62,111 bases of DNA, taken from the NCBI GenBank assembly GCA_964560475.1, contig CAZLMZ010000002.1:1-62111 (forward strand), read 5' to 3'. Source of the DNA: an uncultured Anaerolineae bacterium (GTDB lineage: Bacteria > Chloroflexota > Anaerolineae > JAFGEY01). The first letter of the stretch is position 1; each line of letters starts with the position of its first letter. The notes beneath the pieces were generated by a model. The model saw only the letters and a list, made by a program, of their open reading frames with translations, made no database searches and was not told the origin of the DNA. Shown here one piece after another: positions 10,817 to 19,912 of the stretch. Both the position numbers and the translations under genes were made by a program.

Positions 10817-11575
10817 CTACCTCTCGGCGATGCGGATCCGCTGGATCACATCGCCAATAGCGATCGATTCGACGACAGACATGCCGCTGATTACCTGGCC
10901 AAAGACGGTGTAACCGCCGTCGAGGTGCGGCGTCTTGTCCAACGTAATATAGAACTGGCTGCCGCTGGATGCACGCTCTGGATTGACCTGGTCGGAGAGC
11001 CGCGCAGTAGCCAGCGCGCCTTTTTCGTGCGACAAACCGATCTCCGCCGGTATTGTGTAACCAGGACCACCGTTTCCTTTTCCGAGCGGGTCGCCGCCCT
11101 GGATCACAAACCCAGGTACCACGCGGTGGAACGTCAGGCCGTCATAGAAGCCAGCGCGGGCCAGGTAGACAAAGTTGTTCACCGTCTGCGGAGCTTCCGC
11201 AGCATAGAGCTCGCACACAATGTCCCCTTTGGCTGTCTCGATCGTCGCCGTATACGATTTGGCGGGATCAATGATCATCGGCGGTGGTGCATCGAACATA
11301 TTGTTTCGCTGCGCCGGCTTGGACGGCATATCCGGAAACTGGGTGTCAGTCAATGATAACTCCTCGTTGCTCTCGTTGATCGTTGTCGGCGTGTTGCCCG
11401 TTTGGGCGACAGTACCGGCGCTCTCGGCATCCTCCGGGCTGGGCGTCAGGGTCGGCCACGGCGTGAACGTGGGCCCAGGAGCAGTCCACGTACACGCAGC
11501 AGTGAAAAGCAGGACGCAGATCACCGCGAACTGCCGGCAGTGCCGCATGGGCAAGGCTTTCCATCGTAAGCTCAT
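10817..11575 (-). CDS. Cyclophilin-type peptidyl-prolyl isomerase, probable lipoprotein
   Basis: FHRVVPGFVIQGGDP and SQFYITL motifs. N-terminal signal with lipobox LFTAAC. Start uncertain (11575 ATG within ORF 10817..11587). Confidence 0.85.
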   Translation of the reverse strand: MSLRWKALPMRHCRQFAVICVLLFTAACTWTAPGPTFTPWPTLTPSPEDAESAGTVAQTGNTPTTINESNEELSLTDTQFPDMPSKPAQRNNMFDAPPPMIIDPAKSYTATIETAKGDIVCELYAAEAPQTVNNFVYLARAGFYDGLTFHRVVPGFVIQGGDPLGKGNGGPGYTIPAEIGLSHEKGALATARLSDQVNPERASSGSQFYITLDKTPHLDGGYTVFGQVISGMSVVESIAIGDVIQRIRIAER

Positions 11576-11593
11576 CACGTCGCTCAAGCAAGC

Positions 11594-11621
11594 ATTATAG
11601 CACGTTCGACATTGGGTGCAA
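11594..11621 (-). promoter_or_regulatory. Promoter for PPIase gene (TTGCAC-16-TATAAT, extended TGC)
   Basis: Minus strand reads TTGCACccaatgtcgaacgtgcTATAAT. Confidence 0.55.
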
Positions 11622-11767
11622 AACCCCCCGCCACTGGCTGTTTCCTACTGTACCTCCCATGACGTCACCGCGCGCCGCCTGGTTCCGTAGGCACTCGACA
11701 TTAGCTGACGGGATGCCGGAGGGACGATATCTACACCATTATAGACGGGTTGGCGGCAAACCTCAAG

Positions 11768-11796
11768 TTGGTCATCCATCGGGCGCATGGTATAAT
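11768..11796 (+). promoter_or_regulatory. Promoter for gatB (TTGGTC-17-TATAAT, TGG extended -10)
   Basis: ttggtcatccatcgggcgcatggtataat; about 80-nt leader to ATG 11881. Confidence 0.6.
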
Positions 11797-11880
11797 GATC
11801 TGGGCATGACAATGCAGATACGCACGCCGCACAACACTCGCGATGCGGCGGCTCGTATAGAACGAGCAGGGGAGCCCCGG

Positions 11881-13341
11881 ATGGATTACGAAGCCGTGAT
11901 CGGCATAGAGGTACACGTAGAACTTGCGACTCTGTCCAAGATGTTCTGCGGCTGCAGCGCCCACTTTTTTGGTCAAGAACCAAATACGAACGTCTGTCCC
12001 ATCTGCATGGGCTATCCAGGGACACTGCCGGTGATCAACGAGCAGGCAGTGACGTACGCGATGCGAGTCGGCCTGGCTTTGCATTGCGAGATCGCACAGT
12101 TCAGCAAGTTCGATCGGAAGAACTATACCTATCCAGATCTCCCCAAAGGGTACCAGATCTCGCAGTACGACCTCCCCTTGTGTAGGAATGGCTGGATCGA
12201 CATCGAGGTCGATGGACATGGCCGGCGCATTGGCATCCGGCGCGCGCACCTGGAGGAGGACACAGCAAAAGAGGCGCACGTCGGTCCCTCGAGCCTCGTG
12301 GACTTTAATCGCAGCGGCGTGCCGCTGCTGGAGATCGTCACCGAGCCAGACCTGCACAGCGGCGAGGAAGCGAGGCAGTTGCTCACCAAGCTGCGCTCGA
12401 TCCTGCGCTCACTCGGCGTGAGCAGCGCGGACATGGAAAAGGGCGCGATGCGATGCGAGCCGAACGTCTCCGTCCGGCCAGTTGGAGATCCGGCACTGGG
12501 CGTCAAGACCGAAATCAAGAACCTCAACTCGTTCCGCTCGGCCAAGTTGGCGATCGAGTTCGAGATCGAACGCCAGAGCCAGGCACTGAGGCGAGGGGAC
12601 GAGATCGAGCAAGTGACGATGGGCTGGAACGAGCGAGAGAATCGTACCGTCGTCCAGCGCAGCAAAGAATACGCGGACGACTATCGCTACTTTCCCGAGC
12701 CCGATCTGCCTCCACTCGAGCTGAGCCCGGAACGCGTTGCAGAGATTGCGGCGAGCCTGCCAGAACTGCCGGATGCAAGGAGTGATCGCTTTGTCGACCA
12801 GTACGGGCTGCGCCAGTCAGATGCCAGAGTGCTCGCCTCCGACAACGATGTGGCCGACTATTTCGAAGAGGCGATTGCCGCGGCACGTCCACACGGCATT
12901 GATCCGGTGACCGTGAGCAACTGGATAGTTGGTGAGCTCTTTCGTTTGCTGAACGACGGGGGCATAGAGATCGCGAGCTCGCTCGTTGCGCCGGAGGCGC
13001 TGGTGGGGTTGCTGCGCAACGTGGAGCGAAACATGGTCAATGCGAACACGGCGAAAGCCGTGCTGGCAGAGATGTTTGAGACAGGGCGTTCAGCAGAGGC
13101 GATCATCGCCGCCCGGGGACTAGCCCAGATCAGCGATGCGAACGAGATCGAGTCGCTGGTCCAAAGGGCGGTCGAGGAGAATCCCGGGCCGCTGGAGCAG
13201 TATCTATCGGGCAAGGATGCCATCCTTGGCTTTTTCATCGGGCAGGTCATGCGCGCTTCGAGGGGAAGGGCCAACCCGCAAGTCGTTCGAGAAGTACTTA
13301 CGGCTTACCTCGATGAGCTGAGAGGCAGCTCGTCGAGTTAG
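11881..13341 (+). CDS. gatB: Asp/Glu-tRNA amidotransferase subunit B
   Basis: Canonical N-terminus MDYEAVIGIEVHVEL from ATG 11881 after AGGGGAG. Also PGTLPV, DRKNYTYPDLPKGYQISQ and a C-terminal YqeY-like tail. The upstream 74 codons of the ORF are rejected. Confidence 0.92.
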   Translation: MDYEAVIGIEVHVELATLSKMFCGCSAHFFGQEPNTNVCPICMGYPGTLPVINEQAVTYAMRVGLALHCEIAQFSKFDRKNYTYPDLPKGYQISQYDLPLCRNGWIDIEVDGHGRRIGIRRAHLEEDTAKEAHVGPSSLVDFNRSGVPLLEIVTEPDLHSGEEARQLLTKLRSILRSLGVSSADMEKGAMRCEPNVSVRPVGDPALGVKTEIKNLNSFRSAKLAIEFEIERQSQALRRGDEIEQVTMGWNERENRTVVQRSKEYADDYRYFPEPDLPPLELSPERVAEIAASLPELPDARSDRFVDQYGLRQSDARVLASDNDVADYFEEAIAAARPHGIDPVTVSNWIVGELFRLLNDGGIEIASSLVAPEALVGLLRNVERNMVNANTAKAVLAEMFETGRSAEAIIAARGLAQISDANEIESLVQRAVEENPGPLEQYLSGKDAILGFFIGQVMRASRGRANPQVVREVLTAYLDELRGSSSS

Positions 13342-13391
13342 CTGCGGCAGCGTGCTCCCTCCCTCTCGCTTGAGGCTCTTGGCGGAGGAAC

Positions 13392-13991
13392 ATGGCGATG
13401 ACCGGAATCATCCTGCGCGTCGTTCTCCTGTTCATCCTGATATTGGGTGCCGGCTGTGCTGCAGCGACCTCCAGTCCTCACGAGGTACTAACAGCCTTGC
13501 CAGAGATCCGTCATCGGGACGCTCTGCCGCTCATGCTCCAGGCACAGGACCTGGGGCCAAGCTACGTAATAGCAGAGACGCATCGCCTGGCACAGGGGAG
13601 AGGGTGGGGCGAAGACACGACGCGCCTGTCAGGTTACCGGACTGTCTTCCGAGGCGAGGGAGACGTCTTCTCGGAAGTGACGTGCCAGGTCGAGTGCTAC
13701 CTCACGGTGAAGGACGCTCAAGATGCCTATCGGACCTACCGGCAGGAGATCGCGGCAGCGCTACGAGACGAGGCATCCTTTGACTCGGTGACGGATGCGG
13801 AGGAACGGGTCCTGGGGGAGTGGAACCACGTCTACGTGGCACAATCTCGCGACGTGATGCATATTGAGTACGTGTTCCTGCGCGACAACGCCCTCGTCTT
13901 CCTGTCTTTCGCGGGGCCGCAGGCAGCGAGCGCTGCCGACAAAGCGGCAGAACAAGCCAGACTGCTCGATGAGCGGATCTTTCGCCACTGA
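13392..13991 (+). CDS. Hypothetical secreted lipoprotein
   Basis: Signal peptide with lipobox LILGAGC. No recognisable catalytic motif. Confidence 0.5.
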   Translation: MAMTGIILRVVLLFILILGAGCAAATSSPHEVLTALPEIRHRDALPLMLQAQDLGPSYVIAETHRLAQGRGWGEDTTRLSGYRTVFRGEGDVFSEVTCQVECYLTVKDAQDAYRTYRQEIAAALRDEASFDSVTDAEERVLGEWNHVYVAQSRDVMHIEYVFLRDNALVFLSFAGPQAASAADKAAEQARLLDERIFRH

Positions 13992-14009
13992 TCCGGGCAG
14001 GCGGCGTCT

Positions 14010-14639
14010 CTAGGAGTTGGGCTGGCGGCGCCGACTCGGCCTGCCCCTCCGCTTGCGGACAAAGACATAGACGACGGTCAGAGCTAGGAGGGCGAGCACT
14101 GCCTTTAACACGATCCCCTGGACGCCCCGGCCCAGGAACGTGGTCCCCAACAGGGCGGCGTGGATGCTGGCCAGGAAGAACGCGATGTAGTTGAGGTAGT
14201 GAACGGTGCGCCAATAGTTCCGGAATCGCATGCGGAACAGCGCTACCAGAGAAGCAACACCGATGAAATACCATGCGAGACGGCCGCCGAGTGTAAAGAA
14301 GATGAGGAGCGAGTCAAAGCGCGGGACGAACACAGCGGCACTCGACGTGTTGATCGCCACCGCCACCGGATGAAGGACGAGGAGGCCGAGTCCGGTCACG
14401 GATGCGACGTGGTGGACCTTGACAAAGGAGCGGCCAAAGAACCGCACGAGCGTGCGTAGATACGCGGACGAGAGGATGGACAGAAACACAGCACTATACC
14501 CAGAGAGGGCAGCGCCACGAGCTAACCACGTCAGCCAGCTCTGCTGAGGTTGCAGCGGGTTCAGGCTGAGCAGGCCGATGACGATGGCAAGCAAGATCAC
14601 CCCTGCCAGGATCAAATAGCGCGTGTTCTTGGGCTTCAC
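14010..14639 (-). CDS. Ferric-reductase-like (MsrQ/FRD-type) di-heme transmembrane protein
   Basis: Six hydrophobic helices with paired His residues (VHHVASVTGLGLLVLHP and HYLNYIAFFLASIHA), as in b-type heme membrane domains. Confidence 0.5.
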   Translation of the reverse strand: MKPKNTRYLILAGVILLAIVIGLLSLNPLQPQQSWLTWLARGAALSGYSAVFLSILSSAYLRTLVRFFGRSFVKVHHVASVTGLGLLVLHPVAVAINTSSAAVFVPRFDSLLIFFTLGGRLAWYFIGVASLVALFRMRFRNYWRTVHYLNYIAFFLASIHAALLGTTFLGRGVQGIVLKAVLALLALTVVYVFVRKRRGRPSRRRQPNS

Positions 14640-14702
14640 AGGATCCTCCCGCCTATGTGCAAATCAGTCTCCGCCACGGCGCACGCTACCTGCATCTGAA
14701 AG

Positions 14703-14730
14703 ATTATAGCACGTTGCCGGACCAGGGCAA
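14703..14730 (-). promoter_or_regulatory. Promoter for ferric-reductase-like membrane gene (TTGCCC-16-TATAAT)
   Basis: Minus strand reads TTGCCCtggtccggcaacgtgcTATAAT. Confidence 0.5.
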
Positions 14731-14771
14731 ATTCTGCTGCGGCCGCGCCGTGGCAAGAAGGTCGGCTGGGC

Positions 14772-17090
14772 TTATTTGAGATAACCCAGCGCTTTTTCCT
14801 GCTCACCATCCATCACGATCTCCAGGTGGCGTCCGCCCGTGACCTCGGGAATGTCGATGACCTTGACTGTATCATCGCCGGCGTGCCCGGGCAGGATCCT
14901 CGTGAGGACGTTGGGCGCACGGTCAAAGAAGGACCAGGCAAAGACCGTCTGCGGGTCGTCCGGGTAGATGGGTAATGGATAGATCCTCGACTCGACCAGA
15001 TCCTGGAAGAAATGGGTGCCGTACGAGGCTTCCGGGGCGTGTTCGCCGTGGGCCAGGGCGACCTCGATGAGTACGCTCGCGTGATCAATGTCCGCATAGC
15101 TGACCTTGACGCCAAGACTGACATTCGAGCTTCCCCAGCGCCCAGGCCCCATCAGGACGAACTTTTCCCCCTCAAGAGCCTGGTTCAACTGGCCGACGGT
15201 GCGTGCGACCTGGGTCTTGCGGACTGGATCAGGGACCCGATCGTAGGCAGAGGGATCGACCCACACGATGTACTTGACTCCAGAGACGACCCCATGCGGT
15301 ACAAGACGGTTGGCCGTGAACAGCACGTCCTCGCGCGGTACCTGCTCGGGGATCTCGACCGCCTGGCCGTTCTGTTGCAGGCTCAGCGGGCGACATTGGA
15401 GCAGCGACAGTGTCAGCTTTTTGCTGTTTGGCCCGCCCAAGCGCTCCACGGCGAACTCGATGTCCACCGGTCGCTGGTAGTGTTGTTCCAGGGTAGTCAG
15501 CACGAACTTTATCAGGGGCACAAAGTTCGTGTTCGCGATCAGGTTGTCGAAGGTGAGCACGAGCGTGTGGGGATCCGGTTCGTCGAGCAACGAAAAGAGC
15601 GGCTGGACATAATCGCCCTTGTTGACCGAAGCGATCAGGTGGAGGCCCGGGTAGCTGGAGGAGAGCAATTCATAGGTGGGCAGCGTCTCCACTTGGTTGC
15701 CCTGCAGATCCAGGACATCGACCAGGTGCTGTGAGTATTTGCTGACTTCCTGGACGCCCATTTCGGGCCGTAGCGTCGGGTGGCTGAGCGCGATCATGCG
15801 AGGGTACTCTTTCGAGACACGATCGACGGCACGCGTGCCGAGCCCCCACACCAGGCGAACCAGCCCCTCCTCGTGGCGGATCCGCGCGTTCCAGCGGAAC
15901 GGGTTGTGGCTAAAAGCCACTCCTGCAAGCGCAGGAAGGTAGTAGCGCTTGTATCGCGAGCCAACTACCTTCTGGATCAACACCGCCATGCGCTCGTCAT
16001 AATCGAGCAAGCCCATACGCCGCCGGTACTCCAGCGCGTCAGGGCTGAGGGCACTGGCATAGACCTCGGAAATGGCGCGCATGAGCGACTTGAGGTTCTC
16101 TTTGGGCGTTCCCTGGTTCGGCAGGAAAAAGCTGTCGTACTTGCCTGCGAAGGAATAGCCAAAGTTATCTTCGAGCAAACTGGACGAGCGGACGACGATC
16201 GGCGAGTCGCCAACCCCGACGAGCAGCGCCCGGAACGCCTCTTTGGTGTCTTCGGGAAACTCACCCCCAATATACCTGCGGCGCAGCTCGGGATATTCGG
16301 CACGAATAGCATCGAGCTTCTTGTACTTCTGATTCATAAAGCGGACGAGGTCGTTGATCGCCTGAAAGTCATAGAACACGTCGGCGCCGACAAAGAACGA
16401 CTCGGGGATGACCACGTGTTGTGCGAGTTCAGGATCGAGCTCCGCGCCATAGCGCTGTATGATCTTCCAAGCAAGCATCATTCCGGCTGCTTTGCCGCCG
16501 ATCTTGCCCCGGCCGATCCGCCTCTGCCGGATTGCCTTGAGGTCGCCGATCGTGAGAAACTCTCGTGCCAGCCCCACAAAGTCGAGCTGATCGCTGAGCA
16601 TGCCCTTGGTCAGGACGACCACCATCTCTTTCAGGTGGTGCTGCACCCTGGCTTTCTGCTCGGGAGAGTAGCCTTCGTACTCTTCGCCGCGCGCAAACAG
16701 CATGGCCCATGGCGCCAACTCGGGGTTGAAGCTCAAGACGAAATCCTCGTCCGGAGTGCGCGGGTTGACAACTTCTTGTACGATCTGCTCCAGCAACGAC
16801 GGAGGGCAGTTGTGGGCAAAGTAGAAATCGGTCAGGTCGTCGCGGATCACCGAGATCCGCTGTTCCCAGACGTCCACTCGTTCCTCCACGAGCGGGTCGT
16901 GCAGACCTTCCCGGATCTGCGATTCCCTCGCTTTCTTGCGCAACTCCCGCTCAAAGTCAGCAGGCGTGATGATGCCTCGGCGAAAGATCTCGTCGCGCAT
17001 TCTCTGTCGGATCTCGCGTGACAGGATGGGATACTGCTTGAGCTTGAGCACGAGCTCGAGTACCTTTGGTGTGCCGAGGTCGAGACTCAT
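14772..17090 (-). CDS. PEP/pyruvate-binding (PPDK N-terminal, ATP-grasp-like) domain protein
   Basis: GRGKIGGKAAGMMLAWKI and VVRSSSLLEDN motifs of the PPDK_N family. I saw no GGxTSHAAI phosphohistidine motif. Start at ATG 17090 (MSLDLGTPK) after GGAGG, 11 nt after the upstream stop. Confidence 0.7.
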   Translation of the reverse strand: MSLDLGTPKVLELVLKLKQYPILSREIRQRMRDEIFRRGIITPADFERELRKKARESQIREGLHDPLVEERVDVWEQRISVIRDDLTDFYFAHNCPPSLLEQIVQEVVNPRTPDEDFVLSFNPELAPWAMLFARGEEYEGYSPEQKARVQHHLKEMVVVLTKGMLSDQLDFVGLAREFLTIGDLKAIRQRRIGRGKIGGKAAGMMLAWKIIQRYGAELDPELAQHVVIPESFFVGADVFYDFQAINDLVRFMNQKYKKLDAIRAEYPELRRRYIGGEFPEDTKEAFRALLVGVGDSPIVVRSSSLLEDNFGYSFAGKYDSFFLPNQGTPKENLKSLMRAISEVYASALSPDALEYRRRMGLLDYDERMAVLIQKVVGSRYKRYYLPALAGVAFSHNPFRWNARIRHEEGLVRLVWGLGTRAVDRVSKEYPRMIALSHPTLRPEMGVQEVSKYSQHLVDVLDLQGNQVETLPTYELLSSSYPGLHLIASVNKGDYVQPLFSLLDEPDPHTLVLTFDNLIANTNFVPLIKFVLTTLEQHYQRPVDIEFAVERLGGPNSKKLTLSLLQCRPLSLQQNGQAVEIPEQVPREDVLFTANRLVPHGVVSGVKYIVWVDPSAYDRVPDPVRKTQVARTVGQLNQALEGEKFVLMGPGRWGSSNVSLGVKVSYADIDHASVLIEVALAHGEHAPEASYGTHFFQDLVESRIYPLPIYPDDPQTVFAWSFFDRAPNVLTRILPGHAGDDTVKVIDIPEVTGGRHLEIVMDGEQEKALGYLK

Positions 17091-17100
17091 CGCTGTTCTC

Positions 17101-17904
17101 CTAGCCTCCCGTGTACCAGGCCATGAACTCGGACCCAAAGAACAGCATAGCAGCTCCTCCCAGGACAAGAAACGGGCCATAGGGCATGAAAGTGGCAAAG
17201 GCTCGATGCGTGCGCTGGACAGCACCGCGCACCAGGAGCAGGATGACCGCGCCCACGAATCCTGCCAGCATGCCAATCACCAAGGCAAAGATGATCTCAG
17301 GCACGCCTACGATCAGGCCGAGGAAGGTGCTGAGCGTAACGTCGCCAAAGCCGAGAGCCGGCCCTGGCAGTGCTTCCCGTCGCAGCCGACCTAACAGCCA
17401 GGAAAAGAGCGCGCCAAAGAAGTACAGGCAGAGTGCTGCGAGGAGCCCGACAGCGCCCCCGAGCAGGGCGCGCTTGGGGTCATCGAACGCAGGGTTCACA
17501 TAGGCTCCGATCAGTGCCAGCAGAATGGAGGGCAGGATGACCGCGTGCAGGATCAGCCGGTGTTCGATGTCCGTTACTAGGATCAGGACCAGCAAAGCAG
17601 CATAGAACGCGTTGAGAAACGTGGTCGTGCTGGCGCCCGTCCGCGCTCCAGAGAAGACGAAGAGCAGGGGCAGTGCCAGCTCAACGAGCAGGTGACGGTA
17701 AGGCAAGAGAGCAGCACATCGCGGGCAGCGCCTGTGCCCAGAAACGAAAGCAAGTATGCCGCTCCACGCAATGGGCGGCCTTGACTGGCCGCAGCCGCGG
17801 CAAGCGGGTAGCTGCACACGACGGGCCGTCGGCAGGCTGTCTGCGAGCAGGTTGACGAGCACGCCGGCGCCAAGACCGCAGATGCCCAGGATCCAGAGCA
17901 TCAC
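17101..17904 (-). CDS. Prepilin (type IV leader) peptidase, A24 family
   Basis: N-terminal Cys pairs CRGC...CPRC. Catalytic-region motifs GFGDVTL and MPYGPFLVLG. Polytopic membrane protein. Confidence 0.85.
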   Translation of the reverse strand: MMLWILGICGLGAGVLVNLLADSLPTARRVQLPACRGCGQSRPPIAWSGILAFVSGHRRCPRCAALLPYRHLLVELALPLLFVFSGARTGASTTTFLNAFYAALLVLILVTDIEHRLILHAVILPSILLALIGAYVNPAFDDPKRALLGGAVGLLAALCLYFFGALFSWLLGRLRREALPGPALGFGDVTLSTFLGLIVGVPEIIFALVIGMLAGFVGAVILLLVRGAVQRTHRAFATFMPYGPFLVLGGAAMLFFGSEFMAWYTGG

Positions 17905-17984
17905 ACCTCCTTGTCTGGTCGGATGAATGTATGGCTATTATACCATGATTTGGCCTGGCCCGTGGTCGCTCGCGGCGGTGCATC

Positions 17985-18013
17985 TTGACAAGAGCGCGCA
18001 CGTGGGCTAAGAT
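17985..18013 (+). promoter_or_regulatory. Promoter for xseA operon (TTGACA-17-TAAGAT)
   Basis: ttgacaagagcgcgcacgtgggctaagat, 30 nt upstream of ATG 18044. Confidence 0.55.
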
Positions 18014-18043
18014 TGAGGCACCACTTACGCGACGGGGTGCAGG

Positions 18044-19240
18044 ATGTATCAGCAGGCCCATTCAGTTACCGAGATCACTGCGCTCATCAAGCGCATGCTC
18101 GATCGGGATGAGCTGCTCCAGGATCTGTGGCTTGAGGGCGAGATCTCGAACTGGTCTCGCTCACGATCCGGTCACTGCTACTTCACGATCAAGGACGCAG
18201 GCGCTTCCATGCGTGCCGTCGTCTGGCGCTCACTCGCCAGCCGGCTGAGTTTCGAGCCGCAGGACGGCCAGGCGGTCCTCGCCCACGGCCGGGTATCACT
18301 GTACGAGCCACAGGGTCAATACCAGTTCTACGTAGAGTACATCGAGCCGAGAGGACGCGGCGCACTTTATGCGCAGTTCGAGGCGCTCAAGGCACGCCTT
18401 GCCCAAGAGGGCCTCTTTGCTGTGGAACGAAAACGGGCGCTACCACCGTTCCCGCAGCGAATCGGCGTTGTCACATCACCAACCGGTGCGGCGCTGCGCG
18501 ACATCCTCAACGTCATAGCTCGCCGGTGGCCTCTAGCAGAAGTCATCCTGTCGCCGACGCTGGTGCAGGGAGAGCAAGCTCCAGCACAGATTGTCGCCGC
18601 ACTGGAGTCTCTCTACCGCGGCGCCGACGCGGACCTGATCATCCTGGGGCGCGGTGGGGGCTCGATCGAGGACCTGTGGGCGTTCAACGACGAACAGGTC
18701 GCGCGGGTCGTGTATCGCTCACCGGTGCCCGTGGTAACCGGAGTGGGGCACGAGACCGACTATACTATCGCCGACCTGGTGGCCGACGTCAGGGCTCCGA
18801 CGCCTTCGGCGGCCGCCGAGCTGGCAGTGCCCGACCAGGCGGAACTCAAGATGTGGATCGCCGGCAGCGTGACAGCAACGACGGAAGCGGCCCTGACGCG
18901 GATCCGGGAAACGCGGATGGCGGTCGATCACGTCCGGCGAGCGTTCGAGCGGCTCACGCCGATGGCGCGCCTGGTGCAAGACCGGCAGCGCGTGGACGGG
19001 CTGCAGCAGCGCATCGAACGCGCGTCATTGCATCGCCTGACGCTGCTGCGTGAGAGGGCGTCGGGCCTGGCCGTACGCCTGGCTGGCCTGGATCCGGAAG
19101 CGACGCTGCGGCGCGGGTACGCGATCGCCCGCACAGCGAGAGGAGCGATCGTGCGCAGCACGTCGCAGGTAGCAAGCGGCGATCGCGTTACGATCCGGGT
19201 CGCGGATGGGAGCTTTGGGGCCCGTGTCGAGAATCGGTGA
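18044..19240 (+). CDS. xseA: Exodeoxyribonuclease VII large subunit
   Basis: N-terminal OB-fold region (SVTEITALIKRMLD...GEISNWSRSRSGHCYFTIKD), GVVTSPTGAALRDI and a long coiled C-terminus. Confidence 0.9.
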   Translation: MYQQAHSVTEITALIKRMLDRDELLQDLWLEGEISNWSRSRSGHCYFTIKDAGASMRAVVWRSLASRLSFEPQDGQAVLAHGRVSLYEPQGQYQFYVEYIEPRGRGALYAQFEALKARLAQEGLFAVERKRALPPFPQRIGVVTSPTGAALRDILNVIARRWPLAEVILSPTLVQGEQAPAQIVAALESLYRGADADLIILGRGGGSIEDLWAFNDEQVARVVYRSPVPVVTGVGHETDYTIADLVADVRAPTPSAAAELAVPDQAELKMWIAGSVTATTEAALTRIRETRMAVDHVRRAFERLTPMARLVQDRQRVDGLQQRIERASLHRLTLLRERASGLAVRLAGLDPEATLRRGYAIARTARGAIVRSTSQVASGDRVTIRVADGSFGARVENR

Positions 19241-19253
19241 GGAGGTTGGCGCT

Positions 19254-19460
19254 GTGACCGTGGAGGAGATGACGTTCGAGCAGTCGTTTACCGCCTTGCA
19301 GGAGACGGTAGAGCGCCTCGAGACGGGCGAGCTTGCACTTGAGGACACGATCCTGCTCTACGAGCGTGGCCAGGCGTTAGCGCGGCACTGCCAGGAGCTG
19401 CTAGATCGAGCCGAGCTGCGCGTGACGCAGCTCGGAGGAGATGCCGTAGGACTCACATGA
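19254..19460 (+). CDS. xseB: Exodeoxyribonuclease VII small subunit
   Basis: FEQSFTALQETVERLETGELALEDTILLYERG matches the XseB helical hairpin. GTG 19254 lies 8 nt after GAGGAGG, immediately downstream of xseA. Confidence 0.85.
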   Translation: MTVEEMTFEQSFTALQETVERLETGELALEDTILLYERGQALARHCQELLDRAELRVTQLGGDAVGLT

Positions 19461-19912
19461 ACGAGGTTCTGCAGAACCCCGCACTTGTCTATGGGTTGAT
19501 CTGTTGGGGCATGGCGCAGGTGCTCAAGGTTGCGACGTCGTCCGTCCGCGAGCATCGACTCAACTGGCGCATGTTGTTCTCAGCAGGTGGGATGCCCAGC
19601 TCACACACGGCGATCATCAGCTCCATCACCGTCGGGATCGCGATCAGGGAAGGGATCGACTCACCACTCTTTGCCCTGGCTGTTGGCATCGCAGGGGTAG
19701 TTATGTACGACGCAGCCGGCGTGCGCCGCGCAGCAGGTCACCAGGCCGCAGTCCTGAACCAGATCGTCGACGAGCTTTTCCAGGGGCATCCGATCAGTGA
19801 AGAGCGGCTGAGAGAGCTGCTGGGACACACTCCACTGCAAGTATTGGCCGGGGCGATCCTGGGAGTGGCTGTGACGTTGATTGGGATGAAGCTCGTCTGG
19901 AGTGGCTCGTGA
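19457..19912 (+). CDS. Divergent PAP2 / acid-phosphatase-vanadium-haloperoxidase-related membrane protein (DUF212, YuiD-like)
   Basis: GGMPSSHTAIISS and GHTPLQVLAGAILG motifs. The ATG overlaps the xseB stop (ATGA). Confidence 0.75.
   Translation: MNEVLQNPALVYGLICWGMAQVLKVATSSVREHRLNWRMLFSAGGMPSSHTAIISSITVGIAIREGIDSPLFALAVGIAGVVMYDAAGVRRAAGHQAAVLNQIVDELFQGHPISEERLRELLGHTPLQVLAGAILGVAVTLIGMKLVWSGS

Noticed and set aside
14772-17276. Long N-terminal extensions in several track ORFs (for example 17091..17276, 11659..11880, 27655..27900, 4269..4343, 23621..23695)
   Set aside because: The extensions are Arg/Cys/Trp-rich and overlap upstream genes or promoters. They precede internal starts that have Shine-Dalgarno sequences and canonical family N-termini.
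17101-17904. Type IV pilus or competence locus around the prepilin peptidase
   Set aside because: No pilin, PilB/PilT ATPase, PilC or secretin genes are adjacent. The neighbours are a PEP-binding-domain protein and xseAB.
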